61,710 nt of DNA from Aplysia californica. Taxonomy: Eukaryota. The position numbers and the translations under genes were made by a program. Under the pieces are notes generated by a model, which made no database searches, was not told the DNA's origin, and saw nothing but the letters and a program-made list of their open reading frames with translations. The stretch is taken from NCBI RefSeq assembly GCF_000002075.1, contig NW_004797581.1, positions 360,685-422,394 on the forward strand, in the 5' to 3' direction. Shown in pieces: positions 13,501 to 25,500 of this stretch; the stretch's first letter is position 1; the number at the start of each line of letters is the position of its first letter.

Positions 13501-16500
13501 GAAAGCGGAATAGAGAATCGGTCTATAACATCTATTATTTGGCAACTGGAAACACATGTGTCACTTTTCTCTCAAGGTTTATTGCTCCATTCCAATGGAG
13601 TGTAAATATAGTAGGCCAATGACTTTCAGTTGATGTTAATGCGCCGATTATTCCTTTCTTCAAAAGGGGTCCAGCTAGTATGCAGATAAAATGGGTTGTT
13701 TGCCTGTGTATGAAGGGTGCTTTTAGTTGTTCTAGCTACTTTCATTTTTGTTTGTCATTTTTGTCACCTTTTCTTTTACTCTCTAGCTTATCTTCATTCT
13801 CTTTGAATGTCATCTGTTAGCTCAGACAGAGCTATGGTGCAGATGGTCCAGGCTCAAATCCCCACTGGGGCCATCTTTATACTTGTGTTATTTGGGGAGT
13901 TTTCAAGGCTCTTCATCCACTTGGCTTCGTCCTAATGAAGATAGATACTACATTCACATACCCTTCCTCTTTAAAGAACTCTTTGGCATTGAAAGTGATG
14001 TTAAATCCATACAAATGTTATAAAAATATAATTTAAAGTGTCTTCTGTCTTTTTCATTAGGTTTCGAAAGCTTGCACATCAATCTGCCAATGGACAGGGG
14101 CTATGTATAAATATCATTTTGTTGCTTTGGGTGTGGCGCCAAAACGAGCAAAACTGAAACAAGCCAAAGAGGAGTTAGAAGAGACAGAGAGAATTCTAGG
14201 TGAAGCCAAAGCAAGGCTGCACCATGTGGAGGCAGGTGTTGCAGCGTTGCAGAAAAACTATGAAGAGTCTATGTCTAAAAAACAGAACCTTGAAGACAAA
14301 TGTAGGCTGTGTGAAGAGAGGCTGGAAAGAGCTGATAAGGTGAGCTCAGCATAAGTCATCTGTACTCTGCCTACACAAGCTTATTATTTCATCTAAAAAT
14401 GTTCCCAGACAATTCTGTTTTTTTTCTTACAAGGAACTTACAGGTTGTGATGATGTAGTCTACCTTGTAGCAAACTTTCTTAGCTCTGGAGCTGAATCCA
14501 ATAATTCCTTTAATATAAGTCATTGTGCCATGCAGTAAACCATGTACAAAATATCCATGATTTTTATCATTTGTGCAATACCAATCTGAAAAAAACAAAC
14601 CATCCATTGAATGAGTCTGACATCTATATAACATCAATGTGGTGAGATAATTCCATATTACCTACGAAACTGTCAGTACCCTGTAAAGTCCACTCTTTGT
14701 ATGCATTCTGAAGATTCCCAAAGCAAGCCTCAAGTCTCTGAATAAGAATGATATTTGACTGAGCTATTTAAAAACTTTGAAATAAAACTCCTAACAAGGT
14801 TCATATTTCATTGATCTGATAGTGTGTTTAATGGTTTTGTGAACTCTGTTTAACTAATTCCAAGAGCTGATAGAAGGAAGGACTTCTACTTGAAGGAAGA
14901 TGAATGGGAGGGAGGGTTAGACGTGCGGTTATGCTGAGAACTATGATTCCTTTGTCAATTCATTTTTAATTCTCAGCCTTATAATCCTCAGAAAAGCTGT
15001 GTTCTCTTGGGATATTTGTAATGATTAAAATTTGAACAATTCTCCCAATTTAAGACATTTAATGAATCCTTTGGAAAGATATATGTTCGTCACAGAAAGA
15101 ATGTGGAGTGATATAGATATCAATGGTTGCTTAGGTACTGAATGTCCTTATTTGTGTTTCTCTTTTCAGCTGATTAACAGCTTAGCAGATGAGAAAGACC
15201 GATGGGCAGAATCAATCAAGACATTTGAAGTGCTCATCAAGTTTATACCAGGAGATGTTCTTATCTCTGCTGGATCTGTGGCCTATCTTGGACCATTCAC
15301 GGTAACTTATGTCTTGTGCTCATGTTCTTTGAGCAAAGATAATGTAGTGGGTTAAAATGTGGGAGTTTTTCTGTACTTTCAGTCATCTTTCTTGTGTCTC
15401 ACAATACTTTCCCTCCTTATAGTGGGTTAGGGGTTTACAGCTCTTACTCACAGATACAGCAACCCCAGTGCTGGGGAAATTACTCTGAGTTTTTTTCTAC
15501 GTATCTTTGTTTTATGACAACGGCTCAAGTCAGACTGTGGCAAACTTCAAAGAGACCTACCTTAATGGCTCCATCAGTTTCAGCCTGTCTCAAAGTTATT
15601 GCTGTCCCTGGCAGAGTGACTACCGTGGCCGCATGGTGAAGGACTGGACTAAATCTCTCAAGAAGCACGAGGTCCCATGCTGCCCTGAGCCCTCATTGAT
15701 CGGCACTATGAGTGACCCTGTGAAGATTCGCAGCTGGCAGATCTTTGGCCTGCCCGGGGACAGCTACTCGGTTGAGAATGGCGTCATCGTGAACCTGTCC
15801 CGGAGGTGGCCCCTGTTCATCGACCCTCAGGGCCAGGCCAACAAGTGGATCAAGAACATGGTAGGTGACAAAGCAGATTTTGCTGACTTTAAGATAACGT
15901 TCAGTTGTGGTTTAATGTGAGTCCACACATTTATGGCTACTTTTACTGAATTTCTACTCTAACGGACCATTTCCTCTCCTACAGACCATTTCTGAAGTCA
16001 TCAACCATTTCTGCATCTATTGTAGACAAGTCCAGTACATAGATGGTTTGTGATATATAGATCATGTTTTCATTTTGACTGCTTAGTGTAAGACACTGCC
16101 ATATCGCTACTTTAAAATTACAAAGTTCTATCTGACCATATTGGCTGTTTTAAGTTAAAATGAAATGATGATGATGATTACACTTTTATTTGTCCCAGAA
16201 GAGCACTTTGTTTTACAATGGCAAACATACATACATAAATACATAATTATAAATACGTACATACATAAATACATACATGCATAAATACATACATAAATAC
16301 ACACTATTACACAAATACAGAACAGTTTACAGACAATGCCACTGTCGGTCGCCACTGTGCAGCGCCCTATAATTTGAGCTAGGGTTGTCGTGTCTTGCTC
16401 AAGGACACACTCCAGTGACCACCCATCTGATCCCCGTGTCACAGACACTTGCTTGACATTGCTTGAGTCAAAACTCACTACTCACTTAGCCGCTGGAGCC

Positions 16501-19500
16501 CCCACTAAGACCATAAGGTCAGAAACCAAATGTTCTATCTGCTCTATCAAAATCGTAAGATTATTTGGAGCTGTTATCAAGACATTCAAAGAATTGTGTT
16601 AAAAAAAGCTTGATGTGTGGTGAATCTCAAAATTTGTGTTGTCTAATTTCTCAAAACTAGGTACTGAGCAGATATATATATAGAACTTTGTAATTGTAGA
16701 GTAGCCATATTTGCCATTTTGACGGAGTCTCACACTGAGTTGTAGATTTCTTTTCCTATGGACTATTTGTGCTCTTACAGATAGTTTCTTCTTCTCCAAC
16801 AGTACTTTTCTGCTCTTACAGTTTCTGTAGTTCTTACAGGATTTCTCTGCTCTTATTGATAGATTCTGCTACTCGTACGGGGCCATTTCTGCTCTTATAT
16901 GTAATTTCTGCTCTTATAGACCATTATGCTCTTTCAAAAGTTGATCTTTAGTTTTGTCAAATAATTGTCATTGAATTCATTCATTTATATTTGGTTTTAG
17001 GAGGAAAAAAATGAGCTTGATATCGTGAAACAGTCCAGCAAAGATTTCATCCGGACACTAGAGAATGCTATCCGCTTTGGAAAACCGTGTCTGATGGAGA
17101 ATGTGGGCTCAGATCTAGATCCATCTTTAGAGCCAATCTTACTGAGACAGGTATTGTATGACAAACTACACAGCTTAACTCTTAGTATATGGTGCACTAC
17201 TGCAGCTGGCTCACAGCATCACTTGGTTGTTAAGAGTCATAACAAAGAACATTATCAAATTGCAGCAATTTTATCTAATATCTAACTTTTTCATTACTGC
17301 TTGAATCGTTCATTTCTACTCAGTTTAGTGGGGGTGTTCATGAAAATAGTTTCAATGGGCGTTATGGGGAAGTTTGTGTTGCTGAAAACTAAGATGAGGA
17401 AATTGTGTACAAAACAGAAATAGAGTTCCGTATTCTAAGAGTTAAAGATTAATTGTATAAGAAATGGGGAACATTTTGTTATGGACCCTCAACACTCACC
17501 CCCCCCCCCTCCCCCTTTCCCCATAGTTTAATCTCATCCTATGAGTTGTCATTGTTTTGTACCCCCACCAAAACAAGTAGGTCAGTTAGAAGGTGGCTTC
17601 TTCAATCCTGCCAACCAGGGATGAATAGGATACAGCACAGCATCCCAACAGGAAAAGTGGAAATAGTCAATAGAGCAGATTTCCTCATGTGGAATCAAAC
17701 TCATGCTTTTTGCATGCAATGCTGAAAAGCATAAGCTTTACATAATAGACGGTCGGTCCCGTTGTCTTTCCTACCCTATGTACCAGTGGTCATTTCATGT
17801 AAGTCAGAATTTTTTCTCTTTTGCCGTGCATGGTAAAACCCCACCTAAAAAGCTGAAAACATCCCCCCAGAGCAGCATCTGTGCTTCTTTTCAGCATGGA
17901 CACTCATTTTCTAACCAGCCCCTCCCCACCTCTCCTTTGCCCCTTTCGCTAAATCTCAACTGTATATACTTCCTTCTGTCATGACACAACTATTTCAGTG
18001 GTCAGTCCTTGGGTGTATTGTTTTGGATTTGAATTTCAAAGAGAGGCCATTGCATGGCCTAGAGTTTCAAGATTTGTGTGATCTTTTTAATTGCTACATT
18101 TGGGTCGTGACGCAGTGGAATCGGGAGCTGATCAATTTTGGGCTTATGAAGTTGTTAATATTATCTTAAGGCTTGTTTGGTGATCTTGCATTGTAGAAAA
18201 AAATACCTATCTATCTTAAATAGAAGTCGAGATGTTTGTGATTGAATGGGGGGGGGGGGGGGGCAGGTCGCCCGGTGTGAGAGAAATTGGCTCCCGAAGT
18301 TTAGCGACTTCAAAAGCTTGGTTGTCCTTGGAAACAGGAAATTTATATTTTTTGTACCTTTAATCAACTTTTTTCTGTAACATCCACACGGAAATGAGTT
18401 TTGAAAAGGACATAAAAGGTGTAAGGCCAAAACATGAAAATTTTTTAAAAAATTGGCCAATGCCCAGAAAAATGCCGGTTTCTTTGATTTCATTGTTTTG
18501 ACAAGTGCCTGATTTCACCACACTGCTTCATGTTTTTGTTGCAAGTGAATTACTCTACTTTTAGTTGCAGAGAGAGCTCTCTTGATACATCTGGTAGTTG
18601 AGGGAAGGAGAGACTTTCACATACACTGTGGTTGCTTTGTATAGTTTCTTTATTTGAATGAGATTCTGATCTAAAAGTTTCTTTTCATTGAGCCTTGTTA
18701 TTGATCCTGATAATTGGTTGTTTATCTAATCCTGTTTAATTCAGTGTTATTGTTGATCCAGCTTTGGTATTATTAAATCGGCTTTATTGGTACGGATCCA
18801 GGGTTATTATATTTTTTTAAAGAATTGAGACTAAGCTAAGAGTTTTTATTAATGAATCATTGTTGTATTTGTTGTATTGCTCCAATGCTGTTGTTACTGA
18901 TGAAAGGCTATTTTTATTGATCCAGGTTTTGTAAGTTAAAATCGTTAATTGTGAGGTCACTATCTAAACAGGTTTATTGTCACATTTTAGATATTTTTGT
19001 TTAGTGTTCATCAAGCTTTATAATAAACTAGCTGGGCCACCTTTCGATGAAAGGAATGATCGGTGCATTAACATCAATTAAAAGTCATTAGCCTACTGTA
19101 TTAATTTACACTCTACTGGAATGGAGCAATAAAACGCGATGATGGGCATCAAACGAAAGGATCACAGTCGAATTAAGCACCAAGTAAAAAAAAGAAAACC
19201 TGAGACTAGATCTGCATGGGTCGCACACTTAAAATAGAGCTCAGTGTTGCGCGACAATGGGCGATAGTATCGAATGGAAGTAGGACTTGAAATAAACAAA
19301 CCTGGCGGATTTTCTAAAATTACAGAGACAGAAACGTCGGCCTACAAAAGTGATCAGTGAAACAAAGAAATTTGTTTTTTTGCAGCAAAACTGTCTCAAA
19401 ACAGAAAAAATGAAGGGCGTCATGATCTGGAGAATATTTTAAAGAATCTTTTGGTGAAAACCGCATGTCGATTGATGCAGCCATTAACTCATTTGCTACG

Positions 19501-22500
19501 TATTATTTTCGGCTTGTGGACAAATTTTTTTCGGGAGGGCGAATGAGATGATGACTGGTGGGCAGTTAAAAGGTCTTTGGGGCGACAAATTCAAATAAAT
19601 ATCAACATATTATATACCAATATTTTCAGTATGGATTGTAGAATACATCTGTAATGCTCATTTATATATTTTTCAACTTTGGTTCCTGTAGGAGGCGATT
19701 ATGCAACACAATTTTGATTGGATGCGGATAAAATTTGAAAATAAAAACTTTATAATCTTTGGTGAAACTCAAAAAATATATGCTTGCACCTAGTCAAATG
19801 ATATATCAAAACAACCATAAATGAATATAGAACTGGAAAATATCGAAAAGTTTGCAATTATTTACATACATTCCATAATATTTGTACATTTGGATCATAA
19901 CATCTGATATTGAAAAAAAAAAAATTTATAATCTTGAAAAACGATCACAAAGAGATAAAAACCCACTCGTATCTAATATGGAATTATTCAGAATTGCATT
20001 TGGAATAAACCTATACATATCTTGAGTTGCATCTTGTGGATAATTTCATCAAAAAGTATTGATTTTGGGGAGAAAAACATATTTTGACAACTTAGATCTA
20101 GATCTAGACCTTGATCTGGCACTCAAAAATATTGATTTCTAAATAACAGTGCATTGTCAATATGAGTCCAATCGTATCAATATTATAAAAAAAGAGTCCT
20201 ACACTTCTTTAGTGGGTAAAAGAGTGATAGATTTTGTTGTGTAAAATTACTAAGACTGGTGTCCGGACTATAATTTTGGCATCGCGATAAAACAAAGTCG
20301 AATAAACTACGAAATCGCGTTTCAAAACTGAATCTAAACTTCCGATTTTCAGTGGAAATGCTTGACCCGGAAGTCAACATTATATTATGACCTTTATTTT
20401 AACATGGATATGCGAATTGGAATAGAATCTAAGCTAAAATTGAAGATCGGTTCTCGAGCCGCTGTGGGCGGCTTAGCGTACTGACGACACATTAGCTGCG
20501 CCGCCCCCCACGGCTCAGCGTAGCGAATGAGTTAAAAAGTCTTTTGAATAGCAAAATTCGGCCACCACAAATAGATAATAGATTCAGGACATATACCATT
20601 TTGTTTGAATATGTGAGGCATTGTGGTGAAATCAGGAGCTTGTCAAAATAATGAAATCTAAGAATTTGGCAATTTTCTTTCATTTTTTGGTTTTATTTTT
20701 GGATCAACACCTTTCATGTCCACTTGAGAATACATTCATGTCTGGATTTTGCTGAAAAGCGTTGATCAAAGGCACAAAAAAAAAATGTCCAGTTTCCAAG
20801 GACATTACAGCTTTGGAAGTCACCAAACTTTGGCGGTCATTTTCTATTTTATTTTACCTCAGACATCAGGCGACACCCACCTCCTTCAATCACAAATATC
20901 TTGACTTCTCTTCATCAAAAGCAAGGCAAATGAACAGGCTTTAAGATTACACAATAACTCCATATGTCCAAAAATAGACAAAACTTGAATGGTCTGAAAT
21001 GTAAACAACTCTGTTTGGTAAAACGGAGTAAAAACAGTAACACATATGATTAAATTGTGTTTGACAGATCTTCAAGCAGCAAGGCAACTGGGTCATCAAG
21101 ATTGGTGATAACATGATACCATATCACAAAGACTTCAAATTCTACCTGACTTCCAAGCTGCCAAACCCTCACTATACTCCTGAGGTGTCCACTAAAGTCA
21201 CTTTAATCAACTTCACTCTCTCCCCAAGGTGAGCTGGGTTTGGTATCATAACCTACAATGTGGAATTTGCTGTGAAAGTTTAGTAGGAGATCCATATAGT
21301 TCTTCATCCTCTGACTATTTTGTACTATCGTGTTAAACACTTGTTTCTTCCTACCCTCTGAAGACAGAGATTTTATGTAATATCTGTCTGCCCCGCTCAA
21401 TATAAGTCGTAAGACGCACTATGCTATTATCAGCTACGAGGCTCGAAAGGCAAAAAAGTGACTTTCCATGAAATTTTTGTTTTTTGGAAATATTGAAAGT
21501 TTGATGTCTTCTGTTTGTTTATGGTTTGTTGTGAGCTTGGGTGACGAGATAAAGGAATTAGGACCTTGCTAGTGTGTAGCTGTGATGTTATTTTTAGTAC
21601 CATTACCTCATGGCCACCTTTGCCTCAACCAAAGATTCTCCAGTAGTGGAAAATCTTTGCTCCAACGTTCTTCATTAGCAACTATTTTTAGATTTTGACC
21701 CCTTTTCGAGCATGAATGGTCTGAAATGTAAACAAGACTGATTGGTAAAACGGAGTACTAACAGTAACTTATAGTTCACTTCAAGCTTGTTTACGTAAAC
21801 AGCTGACTGTGTGGGCGTGCTCTGCTAGCTGCTATCATCTGTTAATCTTTCACTTTTACTCTTGGATTGATTTTAAAATTTCCTTTTTATTGTGTTTTAG
21901 AGCTTTTAAAAGATTAATTAACCTTCGTCTAGATCTCTCAGAGTGGACTCCTTACCAAGAGGCCACCGAGGCGGTCTATGTGCATGTGTGTGTTGGTGTG
22001 TGTATGTGTGTGTGCGTGTGTTTGCTCTCGTGTGTTTATGGTGCTTTTGCAACTTATAATCAGGTAGCGTAAACACGGCACGTAAGCCAACTCGCGGCCT
22101 TCCGAGCGCTTGGTTTTGGTGAAATGGGCTAATTCAGATCTGTGTTTCTTTGCTCTTTTGCTATAAAATGCCAAATGCTGAACACTTTGAAATAGTTCAG
22201 ATTTTCATCGTTACAATAGTGTAAGTTGTATGTATATCCGGGTATTTGGAGCTGGAGAATGGCCGTGGAAAGGGAAGCCCCTCGCTGTCGGAATGCGAGG
22301 TCCCCCAGTTCAAAATTGACACCTATGCATTTGAATGCTTTGCAGAATGATTGTGATTAAATACTGTGTTATCATTGGTGGAGAACTATACAGCTTTAAG
22401 CGTGGTTTCCCGTGGTTATTATTTTTAGCCTTTGGCGTTTAGATAGAAAACCTTGAAAAAAAGGGGTCTAAGTTTTCAAAGATCGTTTTTAACACGAAAT

Positions 22501-25500
22501 GTGTAAAATACCGGCTAAAAAAGTTCTTTTTATTTTGGAATAAAGTCATCGGCTTGGAATTATTTTGCATGAATCCTTCTGCAAAACTACCGGGAGCACT
22601 CAGTATACTGTAGTATTGAGCCGGCTCGCTCGCCGCGAAGGCTGGTGCGACGCCGACCGAGACACCGCTCGGTGTTTTTATTGAAATAACGACAGATCAT
22701 TGTGTTTGAGGCTATAAAATACTGATTTGTAATTCTTGAAAAATATTAGGCTTCATTTTTATGTTACAGTGATTGTACTTTTTTAATGTAGAGATGTTTG
22801 GTGCACTTGGAACTCTTTTACTATCTGTCAAACATGGGGTTGCAGCCAGTTAACGACTACAGAAATATTTTATTATTATGTTAAATTGAAACAGCTGCCA
22901 TTCTCTTAAACATTGACGGAGAGGTAAAAGTATGGTAACAACATTCTCAGGAGACATAGGCCTTTTCATATGAAACAGATGAATTTGACATACAGCTATT
23001 TTGAAAATTTAATGTCTGGTACCTAGTATCATGCTAATATTTTGTTGCATTTGACGTGAAGTCCATTCTCGTTAAAATTTTGTTTGGTCTGGGGGGGGTT
23101 TTTCCACAGCGAATGAATAGTTTTCTACTTTCGTATATGACCTTGTAGTGGCATATCCAAGATAACTGCTAAATGTCAAGTGTCTATCTCTATTCTTAGA
23201 CCCTTATTGCTATGAAAACATGTTGCTCAACTTCGGAGGCCATTTTCTCATTTTTGTGTTTCCTCACCTCGCACAATTAAAAGTTCTGTATTTTCATCAG
23301 ATATTGTCTTATTTACTTCATTCTTGTTTTAAATTGTTGGGAAAATGTGATAGTTTTTGAAAATATAGTTACTTCAGTTTTGAAATTTCCTGCATATGAC
23401 TGATATTGACTGGCTGGGACACATAATATGCTTATGGTCATTTTTGTGAGCTCATTTTATCATAAGATTTTCTGTTGCAAGGGACCATTCCTTGACCCCT
23501 AATAATTTATAGGCCTACCAATAAATGACTAATATTGAAACAGCTACAAAAAATTTTTAAAAGATATTTTACAAGTAACATGCTATTTAAACTCAAAACT
23601 CAAAGGCCTTGTTTTCTTGTGGACTGAAAAGACTGTTGGTTAAGTTAAATCATGGGTGCCATTTTTTCTATTATTGCCGTTGTTATCACATGTCTTCAGT
23701 TCTTTCCTAGTTTGTTCAGAATTATTGAAATGGGAAAATATTAAACAGGATTTTAACCAAGTGCATGTCTGGGTGTATACTATCTTTTCTTTTCTTTCAT
23801 GAAACACACCCTTCAGTATGTGGGTGTTAATCAGATTTTGTGTTGTAGACTTCAGTGTCTTGTAAATATGATGACTTCTTGTTGTGATTCTAACCTGTCA
23901 TAAGTGTTTCCCATATTATAGAAAGAATGTTTTTCTTTTTTCTTAATTTCCCAGTGATCCATTATCTTTTGTGATGTATGGAATGTGGCTTCTGACCTCT
24001 TCAGGGGGTGAGTGGTTGGCTGGTGTTCTGGTTCTGGTTTTCTCCTTCTTTTGCGGAAACATCTATCCTCCTAATCTGTGCCCCTTCTTCGCTTTGTACA
24101 TTACTCTCAAGTAACACCTCAAGTAAACATCACTTGTAGACATATATTTGTGTTGTATGTGTCGTAAAACTTTAACAAAAACTATTTACTAAACTCCTCA
24201 GTGGACTACAGGATCAGCTGCTGGGGATCGTGGTTGCGGAGGAGAGACCTGACCTGGAAGACTCCAAGAACCAGCTGATCATCAGCAATGCCCAGATGAA
24301 GCAGGAGCTGAAGGAGATTGAGGACAAAATTCTGTACCTTCTGAGTGTCTCAGAGGGCAGTCCAGTGGACGACCTTGAGCTCATTGACACTCTTGATGCC
24401 TCAAAAACTACATCGCAGGAAATACAGGTGATGTGCTGTGGTCTGTGTGACTGCTGATAGGGTTAGGTTTTATGTAGTACTTGTGCATTCACCCCCTTTT
24501 CAGTTACGATCTTTCCCCCAAGTGGATGTGGTAACAAATGGACTCACTCAGTGCAACCCAGGGAAAGTGCCATTCATTCAGTGCAGCGTCAGCATCCTCC
24601 AATACAATATTGAAAATGCTTCACTGGGGTTAGGGTCACAAGTTTCACCAAACTTGTTCATAATGATATGCTGCACCAGGCAGAGTCAAGAATGTGATTC
24701 TATTTCCTTTGTTTAGGAGAGATTGGGTTTATAATCTGGTATCATGACCATCCTTTCTCAAAATACTCCCGCTAAGTGCTGCTGTTGTTTTTATGTATGA
24801 ATCATGAAAGAGAACTCTGGATTTATAGTAACTGTCTAAGATAGTTCTATCTTTTGCTCTTTANNNNNNNNNNNNNNNNNNNNNNNNNNNNNNNNNNNNN
24901 NNNNNNNNNNNNNNNNNNNNNNNNNNNNNNNNNNNNNNNNNNNNNNNNNNNNNNNNNNNNNNNNNNNNNNNNNNNNNNNNNNNNNNNNNNNNNNNNNNNN
25001 NNNNNNNNNNNNNNNNNNNNNNNNNNNNNNNNNNNNNNNNNNNNNNNNNNNNNNNNNNNNNNNNNNNNNNNNNNNNNNNNNNNNNNNNNNNNNNNNNNNN
25101 NNNNNNNNNNNNNNNNNNNNNNNNNNNNNNNNNNNNNNNNNNNNNNNNNNNNNNNNNNNNNNNNNNNNNNNNNNNNNNNNNNNNNNNNNNNNNNNNNNNN
25201 NNNNNNNNNNNNNNNNNNNNNNNNNNNNNNNNNNNNNNNNNNNNNNNNNNNNNNNNNNNNNTATTCCTGATTCTTAAGAACAGCTATACTGCACAAACTA
25301 CAGACCTGTTTCGTTTGTTTGCTTTTTATATATTGAGAAGACTTTAAAAAGTTGGAAATTTATCAGTTTAAAAAAACAGAAAACTAAAAATTCAAAATTG
25401 GACAAGTATCTGAAATTTTTTTTTTGTCTTTCAAGTGCTCTGAATGGTAGAGCTTACTACAGCCAAAAATAGTCTTTCTCCTGTCCTTTTTGTCTCGAGT

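Noticed and set aside
16765-16935. Regularly spaced short repeats as a CRISPR-like array
   Set aside because: Degenerate tandem units without unique spacers; eukaryotic intron; no cas genes
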